DNA of 64,000 nucleotides from Takakia lepidozioides (GCA_030704615.1 CM060733.1:49538001-49602000); one strand, 5' to 3'; positions 38,259 to 51,174 are shown, counted from the first letter of the stretch. The notes: generated by a model from the sequence alone, not told the origin. Numbers and translations: made by a program.

Positions 38259-39169
38259 CACACCCCTACCAACAGGGAGTCGATGTCCTCATCGACTTGT
38301 CCATTTTGTAGAAACGAACATCCAAGTTGTGGCGTCCCACATCAAGGAGTTTGTTTCCGTACCATGGCGTCCCATGGCAAAGAACCAAACCCCACACTTG
38401 ACTCCACTCTCCACTAGCTAGTTCGGCCGACTTCCTCCAAGTCCCGGCCAAGGGTGGAGCCTCTCCAGCTCCTCCCAGTGCACTCTTCTTGGCCTACTTC
38501 AAGGCCAAGGAACGATCCTCCCCGAGGATCGAATCGCCTTACTGCAACAACATTGCTTGCGATCGCTCATGATGCCGCTTTTGGCATCACCTTGAGCAAG
38601 GGTTCACCTGGAACCCTCTTTGACTAGGAAGATAACCTTGAACCAACCGTGCGCCCCAATCACTACAATTGGGTCCGCCTTGGAATGCTGGCCTGAGGTA
38701 CAGGAACACGCCGAAGCCGCACTACGACTTCGTCCCGAGGCTACACGATTATAGTACGTGAACGGAAGCACGTAGCTTCCGCGTTAGCCCGCACTACAAG
38801 GCAACCCCCTCGGTAGCGCAGTTATAGTACGCGCACGCGCCAGGTGCGCACTAGCACGTGAACTCCCAAATAAGGCGCAAGTTTCCTTGCCCCTTGGATG
38901 GGAGTCACCCGATTTCGGCACTGCGCAAACACACGATTAACTCAATTTACCTCTCCTACTTTTGTAAGCTAGCATGCATTCTACACACTAGTCAACCACA
39001 CCATGCATCACCATTTTCAAACACAATAGGACGCACAATATTTGGAACCCATTTCCTTTATAACAAATTTTTGTACAATACAAGTTTTTGCAATCGGATT
39101 CCTGAGCTAGCTAAACCGGGCTAAGATGCATTTCCTCCCCCACGCTCCAAGGTTGATGTCCCCATCAAC

Positions 39170-42100
39170 GTTTCTTCCGCTTTTGAGGTCGCCCTTCGAA
39201 CGCTGCAACTGCCTCGGATGCGTTTCCCATTTCTGAGGCACGCACCCAAGATGCCTCCACAAGATGATAGCCCTTCCATTTGACGAGATACTCCGTTTCT
39301 CGGTTCTTGAACCTCCTCGACTTAAGTATTGCCTCCACCTCGTACTCGGTTCATTTTCATGATCCAACAGCATAGGTGGCGGACGCAACACTTGCTGCCG
39401 ATTCGGACGTGCTTCATCTTTGAAGTAAGGCTTCAAAAGGGAGACATGGAATACTGGGTGCACCTTGCTGTTTGCCGGCAGCTCCAATTCATACACATCC
39501 TCATTCATAACCTCCGAATGCGAAAGGGACCCGCATACGGAGGTACGAACTTCGGACTCACTTCCGGAGGTAGTCGAAAATTCTTGATGTTCAACCAGAC
39601 CTCTGTGCCTGCCTCAAACTTCACTTCCCTCCGCTTCCGATTCGCCTGCCTTTCATACCGTTTCCTAGCTTTGGCAATGTTGTACTTTGCGAGCTTCAAC
39701 AAACGCTCGCGTTCTTCCAGTACCGCCGCTACTGCCGGTTCCTCAACGTCCTGGGCGGCCCAACTTGTCGGCACCAGAGGTGCTTTTCCATAGACCAATA
39801 CAAAAGGGGAAACTCCCGTTGCGGAGTGTTCTGTGTTATTATAACAGAACTCTGCCGCGTCTAAGTGTTCCATCCAGTCTGATTGGTCTGCCGACACGTA
39901 ATTCCGCAAGATTGCTTCACTACGGAATTCACTCTTTCCGTTTGGCCGTCCGTCGTAGGTCGGAAGGCGGTGCTCATCTTCAGCCTCGTCCCCATCTTCT
40001 TCCAAAGTGCTCTCCAAAATTTACTCGTAAACTTTGGATCGCGGTCCGAGACAATATCCTTCGGGACTCCATGATGCTTTAAGACGTGGGCGAAAGTAAA
40101 GTCGCCCTGTCTCCTGCGCCGTTGCCGTCTCCTTGGTGGGGATGAAATGGCCATTTTACTGAACCTATCTACCACCACCATGATTGCATCGAATCCTTTT
40201 GACAGCGGCATAGCAGTCATGAAATCCATCGAGACGCTTTCCCAAGTCCCCTCTGGAATCGGCAAGGGTTGTAACAGCCCCGCTTGCTTTTTTGTACTCG
40301 CTCCGGTTTTGTTGGCATGTGGTGCATGTCTTGACATACTCCTCTGCCTCCTCCCCTCAGTTTGGGCCAGAAATACTCTTTCTCAAGAGTGCCGCAGTGC
40401 GCTTGGCTCCGCCGTGGCCCGCAAGCGGGCTATCATGGCATTCTCTCAAGAGGCTATCTCTGATCCCTCCCTTTTGGCACGTAGAGACGTTTTTGCTTAT
40501 ACCGGAGCAGTCCATTTTGCAAGTGGAACTGCGATTTAACCCCCTTCTCAAGTCCTGCATCACGCGACTTTGCCAGCTCATCCTTCCGGCAAGCCTTCCG
40601 GATCTTCCTTTGGAGCGCCGTCTCGCCCTTGTACACCACAAGAGCTGCTGCTTTCTACTTAAAGCATCGGCCACCACTATGTCCCGTCCCGGTTTGTACT
40701 GGATATCCACGTCGAACACTGCCAAGTATCTTGCCACCTAAGTTGTTTTTGGGGACAACTTGGGCTGCGTGGCAAAATACTTCACCGTGACATTGTCCGT
40801 GAACACCTTCACTGGGTTGGAACCAACATAGTGGCGCCAGAGTTCAAGGCATGCACCACCGCCTTCATCTCTTTTTCGTGCGTCGGCCACCGTCGCTCCA
40901 CTTCATTCAGTTTCTTACTTTCGTAAGCCACTGGTCGTCCATCTTGCATAAGTACACCCCCAATCGCGAAGTCCGATGCATCTGTATGAATCTCAAACGG
41001 ACGATCGAACTCCGGGATTTTCAAGACTGGAGCTTCCGTCATCCGCTGCTTCAATTCAGCAAAAAGCTTGGCCACAAATGTGTTCCATACCCAGACTTTG
41101 GATTTACACAGAAGGTCCGACAGCGGCCCCGCGATCTTGGCGAAATTTCTTCACATACTTCCGGTAATAGGAGCGAGTCCTAGGAAGGATCGCACTCCCG
41201 GGACCGAAGTCGGAGGCTCCCAGTCCAAGATCGCCCTCACCTTTCTGTCATCCATTTTGATCCCATCCTGTGTAATCACATGCCCCAGGAACTCCACTTT
41301 TGTGAACCCCGAATCGCACTTTGAAGCTTTGGCATACAGCTTCCCGTCCTCCGCAATTTTTGGAACACCCTTTTGAGGTGCTCCAGGTGCTCCTCCTTTG
41401 TTTTCGGTACACCAAGATGTCGTCGATGTACACGATCACAAAGTCTCCAACCACTCCTGGAAAAAGGCTGTTCATCAGCGTGCTAAATGTCGCTGGTGCA
41501 TTGGTGAGCCAAAAGGCATCACCAAGAACTCATATGAACCATACCTTGTCCTGCACGCGGTCTTCTCCTCATCTCCTTGCCACCCGAATTTGGTGATAGC
41601 CGGAGCGCAAGTCGATCCGGCTGAAATACTTCGCTCCTGCCAACCGATCGAAGAGGTCGTCGATCCTTGGCAAAGGGTACCGGTTTTTGATAGTCACCTT
41701 ATTCAAAGCCCTGTAATCGACACACATCCGCAGCGTCCCATCCTTCTTGTCTGCGAATAGCACCGGGGCTCCGTAAGGTGACTTACTCGGCCGGATGTAC
41801 CCTTTGACATTAGATCCTTGAGCTGAGTCTTCAGCTCGACCAACTCTCTGTGGCTCAACCGGTAGGGGCGCCTTGGCAGCGGTTCCGATCCCGGTATCAC
41901 CTCAATCTTGTGGTCAACTCCTCTTCGCGGTGGCAAGCCGCTTGGTAAATCCTCCGGCATCACATCCTGGTATTTCTCCAAAATCCCCTTGATCCAATCT
42001 GGGCTCGGCTCCCCATCGCCTTCTCCTTCCACTTCTTCTCTAATGTAAAGCAAAAACTGGGACTCGTGTGCCTCCTCCACGGCCCACTCCTTGCTGACAG

Positions 42101-43720
42101 AAGGTTTATTCGCCCTCCCACGGATTTGGGCGTTTCCGACACTCGTAAAACCTCGCCACCATTCCCACATGGCAGCGTGACTAACTCTCTTGCGGCCATC
42201 TATGACGCTCCGGATTTGCTCAAAAAGGTCATCCCCAAAATGAGATCCACTCCATCGATCTCGCAGATAGTGAAGTTCTCACGTCCCTCCCAACTCCCCA
42301 GTTGAAGAGGAACATCAAACGCCAACCTTGTCGCCAACTGAGGTTTCCTTTGGCAGAGCGCACCTCAATAGAGGCCCCCACGTCACTTGTCGGGAGTCCC
42401 AACTTTCGCGCCGCCGCCGGCGTCATGAAGGAGTGCGACGCTCCTGTGTCCACCAACAACGACACGTTAGTTCCGGATATTATCCCATCCACGAACAATA
42501 ACTGACTCCCTTTACGCAGGGCGCCAGTTTCCTGATACAAACTCACAAGAATAGTTGCCTACCTTGCAAGTCCTGGCGACTACCGCTTCCACCAAACGAC
42601 TGATGGTATCTTCCGACAGCTCCGTGGTCGCCCGAGTCATGTTCAATTGCCGGGGCTTCGTGCACTTCTTGGCCATGTGCCCGGGCTCCCCGCAATTGAA
42701 ACACACTCCATCAAAGGTCGCCTTCTGTCCGCCATAAGCCGCTCCCCGCTTTTCCTTTCGAAGCACCGGGTGCCGCCTTGACGTGTGAAGGCCCTCCCTT
42801 CGATTTCCACGTGCCATTTTCGCCGCGTGGCCTATCCCACTTCTTTTCCGGTCGGAGGAGTCACCTTCCCGCCGGGTCTTCTTGTGGTTCAGCTCCGTAC
42901 GGCCTTGTCTCTCACCCCTAGGGACATCCGAGAAACATTCAGCTCTCTCAATTGCCTCGTTCAAAGTCTTGGGTGGCTTCTCCTCCAACTTCCGCCTAGC
43001 CCATGGGGCCAGTCCCGCCACAAAGTTGAAGACCATTTCTGGTTCCGCCATGTCCGCGACTTCGAGCAACAGCACATTGAAAGCCTGGACATACCCCGAA
43101 TGTCATCTGTTTGCTTCAAATTCCTCATCTTGTCCCCGGGCAAGCCAGGATGCGTTGAGGGGCACAAACTGTCTCTTCATCAATTCCTTGAACCCACTCC
43201 AGTTCAAGGTTTCCGGGCTTGGGCCTCGGTCGTGAAGGCGTTTCTGCCACCATTGTTGAGCATAGCCCCTCAAATAGGTGGGAGCCACTTCCACCCGATC
43301 CTCGTCACTCAACTTGGCCGCCCGGAAGTACTGCTCTAGCTCCAGGAGCCAGGTGTTGAGTGCCTTCCGGTTTCGAACGCCCTCAAAGGTGCCGGGTTCC
43401 TTAGGCTTCACCTTAAACTTTGCCTTAGTGGAAGTGGCATTAGCCGCCTTCAACACGTCTTTCAACGCCCCGCCAAACTGCCAACAACCCTTCCCAAAAG
43501 GCTGCTGGCATGGGAGGCATCTTTGGTTTGTCGGAGCTCTCGAGGATTCCTCGGGCTCCGACTCCTCGGATTCCTCCCGCTCTTGAGCGGCCTCGTTTTC
43601 GGAAACATTCATCGCTTCCTCAAACGGCCGCCTCGGTGACACGTCGCCCCCATCGGGCTCACCGGGATCATCATCTTTTGGCCGTTCCGCTTTCGCTTCG
43701 GCTTGCCCGACCCCATGATG
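39170..43720 (-). pseudogene. gag-pol polyprotein with many 1-nt frameshifts
   Basis: CFNCGEPGHMAKKC; LLVDTGASHSF; [19 protein letters not shown]; IHTDASDFAIGGVL; GHGG, WESVSMDF, TDGQTERVN; HPVFHVSLLKP; chromodomain YEVEAIL..YLVKWKGY. Confidence 0.95.
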
Positions 43721-43756
43721 AGGCCGATCCAAGGACGATCGCGTACTGAACTCTAA

Positions 43757-43768
43757 GCTCTGATACCA
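43757..43768 (-). promoter_or_regulatory. Primer-binding site (initiator tRNA-Met)
   Basis: TGGTATCAGAGC on the minus strand, 2 nt from the 5' LTR. Confidence 0.95.
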
Positions 43769-43770
43769 AA

Positions 43771-44484
43771 TGTCGCGCACCTCACTTCGGTAAACTCCCC
43801 TTCAAGTCATAGTTAACCGCTTTGATGCGCGCGCCTGACTCCCAACCTGGCCGCCGGGCCAACTTGGAGTTTCGGCTACTCACCGGGACATAACGGTCCC
43901 CATTCGCTTCCTCTAAACCCTCCCTATTTGGGACTAGGAGAATTCCCTTTGGTAGATGGCAGTCCGGAACAGCTCCCCACTCTTTGGTCGCTTTCCGGCT
44001 CGCACGATTACTCACTAGTTTTTGGTCACCAACGGGCTTGCACCGTTCTCGGGGTTACTACTCCCTATATATACTTCTGTAGCTGGGGGTTTCATAACCA
44101 GCCATGCCATTTTATGGCGAACCACCACGAAACCCTCGACTCCCGGTGGTGAGTCGCGGTGAGTCTTGGCCCACTCACCGCGGCCCCAATGGACCATGAT
44201 GAGTCCCAAGACTCCCCACGACTCCCACCTCGAGGTCTCCACCCCATGGTGAGTCCTATGCCACCCCCACTAAGTCCCACTAAGCTACCACCACCCCTTG
44301 TGGAGCCACCTCCACCGCAACCCGGTGTGCGGGGCTCCACCTAGTGAGCGCCTCCGCCTCCTTGAGTGCCTTGGGCACTCAAGGGTGCTTCAGCCCCCCA
44401 TACCTATCGTCGCCGCTGCCCCCACCACAGGGGCAGCCCCTCATGTGTCCCGACCCCCTGCCCTCAAGGCAAAGGGCCGCGACA
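43771..44484 (-). repeat. 5' LTR (714 bp)
   Basis: TGTCGCGCAC...GGCCGCGACA; matches the 3' LTR. Confidence 0.96.
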
Positions 44485-45462
44485 CTGGATGCCCTCTCAC
44501 GCAAGGCTGGCACTATATGTTTTGCAGGGACCACATGTACAGGGAGTGGTAGTGGGGTCGAATGTGAAGAAGGTGGGTCCTGCGCCTAGGACCATAGTGC
44601 TACGGCGGCGGCATTCCGGATTCCCCCCCTGGCATGAGGAGGCAGCGCCCAAGGTATGGTTGTTCCCAGCCCATCTCCGCAAACTTACTTGGTTGGTTTC
44701 CTTTATGGATACACTTCCTGAAGCGTTGCCAGAAGTATTCATTGTAGGTGAGCAAGAGGAGTGGGTTGTCCCCGACACCATCATCGCAGCAGGACGTGGT
44801 TCCCCAGGCATGCATTCATGGCTCCTTGCTTTGCCTGGCTGGTTTTTAGTAGGGTTATTTTTGCCAGGAAGTTGTAGTGTGCAGGGTCTGAGTAGGGTGT
44901 TTGTTAGCTTGCTCTGTGGAGGTGTGTTTATACCATTGCAACCACCAGAGTTCATGTTATTCTTATCCGTCTGACTAAACCTCTTTTTGCTGCTGCAGTT
45001 GAAGACACATGGGCAGCTTTCCTCAGTTGCCACCCTCAGCGACGAGCTTTGCTTCAAGGTACGTTGGTACACCGTGAATTTGCTGCTGATTCAGTATTGT
45101 GGCAACCAAGATCGTTTCCATGCCCAGCTGCGCTTGACTTTCACCCTGTCATTGCTATGTTTGTTGCTGAGTGGACCCTGATGTTGGTGTCTGCAGATAT
45201 CAGATCTTGTGTTTCTCCTGAACCCCCATGACAAGCGGTCAAAGTGCGTCCTTTACCACTCCAATCATTGGATGTCCAACCCAACTACCACGTCTGTTGT
45301 AACTAGTCTGTTGTAACTTCCAGTCAATCCCAGTTTTTTGACTTTTACGACTCAAAATGAGTCGTTACCCCAGTGGTAAATGACACGAATGCTTCTAGTG
45401 AATTAGCTTCTCCCTTCCATTATGAATTCTGACCTGTCATTGCATTTGTATGTCATGTGCAG

Positions 45463-45761
45463 AAAAAAAAAAAGTTTGAGAGGCCTCCCTCCGCCATCGA
45501 ACACACTTTTGCAAGACTCAGGAGTGGAAGGCCCTTGTAGCCTCAATGGCCAAGACACCACAATTGACGGAGGATAGTGCATCTGTAGGGGTGGGGATGG
45601 GTAGTTCAGTGGCTCGGCCGGATGGGGGAGAGCCAGTAGTAGGGGGTGGTTTGAAGGATGATGTAATCTCGGACTTGGCCTCATCATCCTCCAAATTGGA
45701 GGCCCAGCGTAGCTTGCATTCCTCGGACGAGTACACCTATGACTTAGGTGATGAGGAATGA
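45463..45761 (+). pseudogene. CACTA-1 TnpA-like gene, 3' exon
   Basis: TGTGCAG acceptor, then KKKFERPPSAIEHTFARL, a plausible continuation of ..SFVTRF at 8281. Confidence 0.6.
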
Positions 45762-45989
45762 GGGATGGTTCCCAGTTAGAGACATGTAAAGGTAGTACTC
45801 GCTTTATGTATATATTTCTTCAGTTACCATTTCAATCCTCATTCTAACCTTAATGGACATGTGGATTCTAATCTAACCTATAGATTAGAATGCATGCATT
45901 TCATGCAAGCACGAGGCACACCCCAACCCCCAAGAAAACCCGACCCCCCCCCCCCCAAAACGAAAAAAAAACCCCAAAACCCCACCCAC

Positions 45990-46644
45990 CCTCCCACCCA
46001 GCGACGTCGGGTGCGACCAACGACTCTGCTGTGATTCCCCGCCGTCGCAACAGAACCACGCCAACGTGGAGCTAGCGACGCCACAAGGGGCTTCGACGTT
46101 GTTGCGACTCCAGGGAGTCACACGAACGTGCCCTCCCATGGAGGTAGCGACGGCCCTGCGATTCCCGGGCGTCGCTACCAAACCTCCTTACCCATGGGGG
46201 TCTAGTGACGCCCCCAAATGGCGGCGACGTCATGGCGATTCCCGGGCGTCGTCGTCCGGCTGTGACATTTGGGCGACGCCAGCGCATGGCTAATTCTGGG
46301 AAGGGGCGACGTCCTTGCGACTGCCCCATGACGCAGGGGAAGGGATGGACCCCCCTCTCTGCCCTTTGTTGCGACTCCTGGGAGTCGCCATATTGCGACA
46401 CCCCGGAGGGGCGGCGTCTTTTTGCCGTCGCTGGTCGTGGCTAGGTGGACCCGGGGGATTAGCGATTCCCTTAGGTCGCTAATCTGCGACGTTCCGGGAG
46501 CGACGTGGCGGCGACTTCCTGACGTCGCAATTTATCCCCGGCGCGCCCCGGGCACTGTAGTGTATTTTCATTGCTAGGCGGGCGTTTGGAGGTCGCTGAG
46601 GGTCGCTAATCCCCCCCCCCCCCCCCCCCCCAAACGTAGTAGTG
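45990..46644. mobile_element. CACTA-1 right subterminal region and terminus
   Basis: Dense GCGAC/GTCGC motifs in both orientations ending in TAGTAGTG (CACTACTA reverse complement, 46637-46644); a second TGTAGTG at 46556-46562. Confidence 0.75.
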
Positions 46645-46970
46645 AGCGCGGAGACTGCAACACAAGAGCAGACCGAGAATGAGGCTACAGCTGTCAAACA
46701 ACCAGAGGGAACAATGAGCGTAGGAAACCAGACTGTGGAAGCAGAGATGATTCGCAAGGAAACTGAAGGAGGTGGAAGTCCGGGGAATGCATAACCGGGA
46801 AAATGTCTACAAACCCTAGACCAGACAGGAATTCCGACAGATGTGAAGGGGAAGAGAAAAGCTGCAGAAGGGGATCCAACTCAAAACCGAAGAAGGTGCC
46901 AGTAAGTGTTCTCCACCCTTCTTTTTCCTGTTTGCAGATGTACAAAGAAAGTGAGTGAAATGTCCTAGAA

Positions 46971-48950
46971 AGTGATGGTCGGTACCGACCATCACTATGA
47001 AGTCATGTTGATTTGCTTTGCATTCCTCTGTTTCAGGTTTTTCATACCAATTGTTTATGACTGGCGGTACCGCCATTCACTGTTCTTCAGATCATAGAGT
47101 CAGTATGATTGTCTTTCCAGCACTCTTTCTCTTTGATTCTCTAGCAGGAACCTGTGATTGTCGGCAACGACATTCTCTTTCATTTCAAAACTCACATTCT
47201 GATACAAAAGAAAGTGAGTGTCGGTGACGACAATAACTATGATCCAGTATTGATTTGCACCAAACGCAATGTTTTCCATTCGTGAGTGTTGTTAATGCCA
47301 TTCGATTCTCTTTGTGAGCTTCCTGTATCTGCATGCGTGGAGAGAGTGTGATGGTCGCCACTGACCATCAATATTTAGTCATATTGTTTTGCATTGCATT
47401 TTCTCTGTTTCAGGTTGAACAGACTAATGAAAAGGAATGGCGGTACCGCCAATCACTTTTCTTGAGACTATACTGTAGCTTCATGTCTAAATACAGTTGC
47501 AAAGTACATTCCAAAGAGACAAGAAATAGTGATTGTCTTTAACAACCATCACAATGGAGTCTCTCTTATTAACGTCAATCGCATTCCTTTGAAAACATAG
47601 ACTTGTTGCATTTTAGACAATGTGCATTCCACTTACTTTCTGTTACAAACTAAAGTGAGCACTACAACAGATCGCGGTAGTTATGACTGCCAAACCGTGG
47701 TAGTCATGGTTTTCTTGACTTTGACCATGACTGCACCATGTTTAGATGAAATTGACCTCCCGCGTTCATACGACTGTAGTCATAAGAATGACTATCTAAG
47801 TAGTCATCTGTATGACTACATGGCTCCGGAATGGGCGGAAGGCTGGTCAACGGCAATTGACCAGATTTAGCTCACCATTCATAGTCATTTCCATGACTAC
47901 TGGGGATTTTGTAATTTGGTGTGTATAATACAATTAAAACACCATATGATCACATGAATGACTAATGGGTGTATTGGTTAGCAAGTAGTGAACTATAATT
48001 TTTATAGTAAAGAGGTTGCAAGTTCAAACTCCTCTAAGTACAATCAAATGGATAAGATGGCCCTAGGGTTAGTAGGCGAGCTAGAGATAGCACGTGGTAG
48101 CCTAGATGGGCTGCCACGTGGTTTTTTCATTATTATAAAATACATTATGTCAGGTGGCACAATGCGGTGCAACGCAGCGTCCGACATATGTGTTTTTTTT
48201 TTTTTTAAATTTAATTTTTAATCAATTGCGCCTCGCCACGTGGCGACTGCAGTATGATGGTATATATGACTGCAGTGAGAGATATCACTTGGTTCATCTG
48301 ACTGTAGTCATCCGGACCGTACCATCTTGTACTCATTGTATTCACTTGGTTTGCATAACTTATAGTCATAGAAGTCATATGTACCGTTTATGACTGCAGA
48401 ATAGTCATATATACAGTCATAAATACTGCGATCTGTTGTAGTGGAGTGTCGGTGCCGCCAATCACTAAGAGATATATTTCTTTGCACCAAACCGATCTTG
48501 TCAGTCTTTTGAGTGTAATGTTTTTTTATCGTCGTTACGCCGTTCGCTAATGCTCAAAACCTTTCTGTACCTGCTTGGCCAGAAAGAGAGTGATGGTCGG
48601 TACCAACCATCACTATGCAGTCATAGTGTTTTGGTTTGCATTCGTTTGTATCAGCTTTGTTAGTGTAGATGGTTGTGATTGTCGGTGCCGCCAATCACTG
48701 TGATTTGAGACAAGACAGACTGATAGTCGATACCGACATTCACTTTGCAGACACAATGATTTGGTTTGCCATATTCTGCAACACAAGATACACATACAGA
48801 TTATGATTGTCGGTACAGCCAATTGTCTCTTCAGAACATAGAGAACTTTTTGTTGTAAAGAAGCTGCATTAAACATTTTTAATCACTTTGAAGTCACTGT
48901 GCTGTCATTGTTTTGCCTGTGGACTGTGATTGTCGGTGGCGACCATCACT
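46971..48950. repeat. About 13 dispersed palindromes, consensus AGTGATGGTCG-GTAC-CGACCATCACT
   Basis: Perfect 26-bp palindrome at 46971-46996; variants near 47057, 47154, 47213, 47347, 47433, 47528, 48589, 48674, 48721, 48803, 48924; one split by the CACTA MITE. Confidence 0.85.
47660..48443. mobile_element. Non-autonomous CACTA element, 784 bp
   Basis: TIR CACTACAACAGATCGC / GCGATCTGTTGTAGTG; 3-bp TSD GAG on both sides; ATGACT/AGTCAT subterminal repeats. Confidence 0.95.
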
Positions 48951-49509
48951 ATTTGCACATAACTGAGTGTCTGATCGGCATATCATCATGCAGAAAACTG
49001 TGAAGTCCAAGCTGACAGGATTAGAGGCAAAAGGTTTTGGAGATGGGGACGAGTTTGCCAAGAGCTCGGAGAATAACGATGAAACAGATGAACCTGAAGT
49101 GCACTACCTTGACAAGGTGAAAGAACTCATGTCATCCCAAAAGGTAAACTCTCAGGAGGTTATTAGGGACATGCTCGTCTCTGGAGGGCGTCTGGACATC
49201 CCACTATGCCGGATGATATCTATGCATGTTGTGCGTCCTCCACTTTCCCATGACAAACTGATTTTGTGCATGGATACAGACTTGGTACACAAGTTTTTTA
49301 TGTATCACTGACGGATACAAATGGGAAAAGCACATTAGTGTCTCCTGAGATCACCGATACCTGGGATGAGTGCTGGAAAGATGTTAATGAGGAGTTCAAG
49401 TTGGGCCTCATGATGGGAAATAACACCCAGCAATTCTGCAACCACATGGTCTACATACGTGCACCCGGAGATGCAGCAAGAGAAATTGCACCGGCTGGTC
49501 ATCTCCATG

Positions 49510-49830
49510 CACTAGAATCATTCGTGTCTTTTCCGAATCGACTGCATGTCCAAAACCACTGAGGGAACAACTTTGAGATGTTTGTTACTACTGCACAGTC
49601 GTAACGGATAAATTCACATTTCTAATGGCGGATAGAAGTTGCATCAATGACTCCGCAGTCGGCACAATATTCGCGGCGATTTAATTCAATTACGTAAATT
49701 GTTTTTTTTTTAAAAAACAGCAATTACAAGTGGTTTTAAGCACTAGAGAACGACTCTTAACAACTAGGCATTCATTGCACACCCTATTCAAAAATGGAAT
49801 TTTTATAAGTGCTCCACATGGCTCATGATG
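49510..49830 (+). mobile_element. Left end of a second CACTA-2-family element; right end not seen
   Basis: CACTAGAATCATTCGTGTCTTTTCCGAATCGACTGCATGTCC and downstream blocks (AATTACAAGT, GCATTCATTGCACCC) match 8323-8700. Confidence 0.85.
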
Positions 49831-50359
49831 TGGAATATTTTAATGTATTTTAGGGCTTGTGTGGCTCATAGAGATTGTTCTAATCGTCGGATGTAAAATG
49901 ATCTAAGGGTGGAAGAGTAACTTTGTCCTTTGCCTGAATTTGTCTAAGTGTTGGAGAGGGATGGAGGCTTGAGAGAGAGACGAACAAGTGATGCGAGAAG
50001 GACGAAGACCAAATCGAGGCCCATGTCTTGTTGTTGCAAGCGTTTATGGCGTCAAGGGCACATTATGTGCAAATGTGGGCTCTTGGCTCCCCTTTGTACC
50101 ATGATTTGGTATTCTTCCTGATCATCACAAGGTTCTTGGGGGAATCAGCTTGGTCTTAGCAACCCATATTTTAATCTCTGCCCGCTCAGCTGCACCGTGG
50201 TGGTTCTTACGAACCAATCCCACATTACCTGACTAGAGATACAAACAGCACGCACAAGAGGTCTTCTTGGGTTCATGGTCAGTCTAATCCGCAATGGGTC
50301 ATGACACAAGGTAGAGGACAATGTGGTGGGCACCTTCTTCTTCGAGCTATTTCAGCCTG

Positions 50360-51174
50360 TTTTGCCGAGATGTAGTGTCGTGGAGTGCGATGCTTGCATG
50401 GTATGCACAGCAGGGACGTGGGATGGAGGCTTTGGAGACCTATGAAGTTGCGAAGGGAGAGTTTGATAACATGGCTGAACAAGATGTTGTCTCAAGGAAC
50501 ACGCTGAATCTCACAAGATATGGCCACCATGTGTGCGGGATGAGGGTATTGGAGACATATGAGCAAATGTTGAGAAGAGGTGCAGCCTGACCGGGTCACG
50601 TTCATTTGTGTTTGCAATGCATGTGCAAACCTGGCAGCCCTGGAGACTTGGTAAAGGGCAAAGAGGTCCATCATGACATTGTGAAAGCTGGAACTGTACC
50701 AGATGTAACAATACCTCGTCGACATGTATGCCAAACGTGGGAGCATTCCCTTGTGGACAAGGGAGTGTTTAACAATATGGCTGAGCGAAATGTGGTGTGG
50801 TGGAACGTGATGATCGCAGGACATGCACAACATGGGCGGGGATTGCGGGTTTGGAGACCTATGAGCAAATGATGTGGGTCTAGGGGGTGAAGCCCGAGCA
50901 CATTACGTTTGTTTGTGTTTGTAGTGCATGTACGAGCTTGTTGGAGAAGGGCAAAGAGATCCATGGTTGCATCGTCAAAGCTGGAATTGTGGTAGATGTC
51001 ATTTTGAACATGAATACCCTTCTAGATAGGGAGTGTTCAACAATATGGCTGAGCAAAATGTGGTGTCGTGGAAAGTGATGATCGCAGGACATGCACAACA
51101 GGGGCGGGGATTGCAGGTTTTGGAGACCTATGAGCAGTTGATGTGGGAGGGGGTGAAGTCCGACCACATTATGT
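50360..51174 (+). pseudogene. Degraded PLS-class PPR gene fragments
   Basis: RDVVSWSAM, PDRVTFICVCNAC, GKEVHHDIVKAG, VFNNMAERNVV.WNVMIAGHAQHG; continues at 53838. Confidence 0.88.

Larger units (their letters stand above)
37536..44484 (-). mobile_element. Full-length Ty3/gypsy chromovirus LTR retrotransposon
   Basis: TG..CA LTRs; 5-bp TSD CTGGA (37531-37535, 44485-44489); tRNA-Met PBS; PPT; gag-PR-RT-RH-IN-chromodomain order. Confidence 0.97.
8323..45400. mobile_element. CACTA-2 (En/Spm) DNA transposon, 37 kb including nested insertions
   Basis: Perfect 19-bp TIR CACTAGAAGCATTCGTGTC (8323-8341) / GACACGAATGCTTCTAGTG (45382-45400); ACGACTC/GAGTCGT subterminal motifs; internal TnpD and TnpA-like genes; flanks rejoin as a CACTA-1 intron. 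The 3-bp TSD does not match (TTA vs AAT). Confidence 0.82.
46645..49450 (+). pseudogene. Copy C: fragment of a third, diverged ParB-MTase gene (acidic exon 1, palindrome-bearing intron 1, start of ParB exon)
   Basis: HYLDKVKELMSSQKVNSQ..GGRLDIPLCRMISMHVVRPPL..HGY..VFYVS..WDECWKDVNEEF, homologous to copies A and B. Confidence 0.82.

Noticed and set aside
38259-39170. Extra env-like ORF between pol and the 3' LTR
   Set aside because: Only short ORFs without recognisable motifs; indel noise prevents a call
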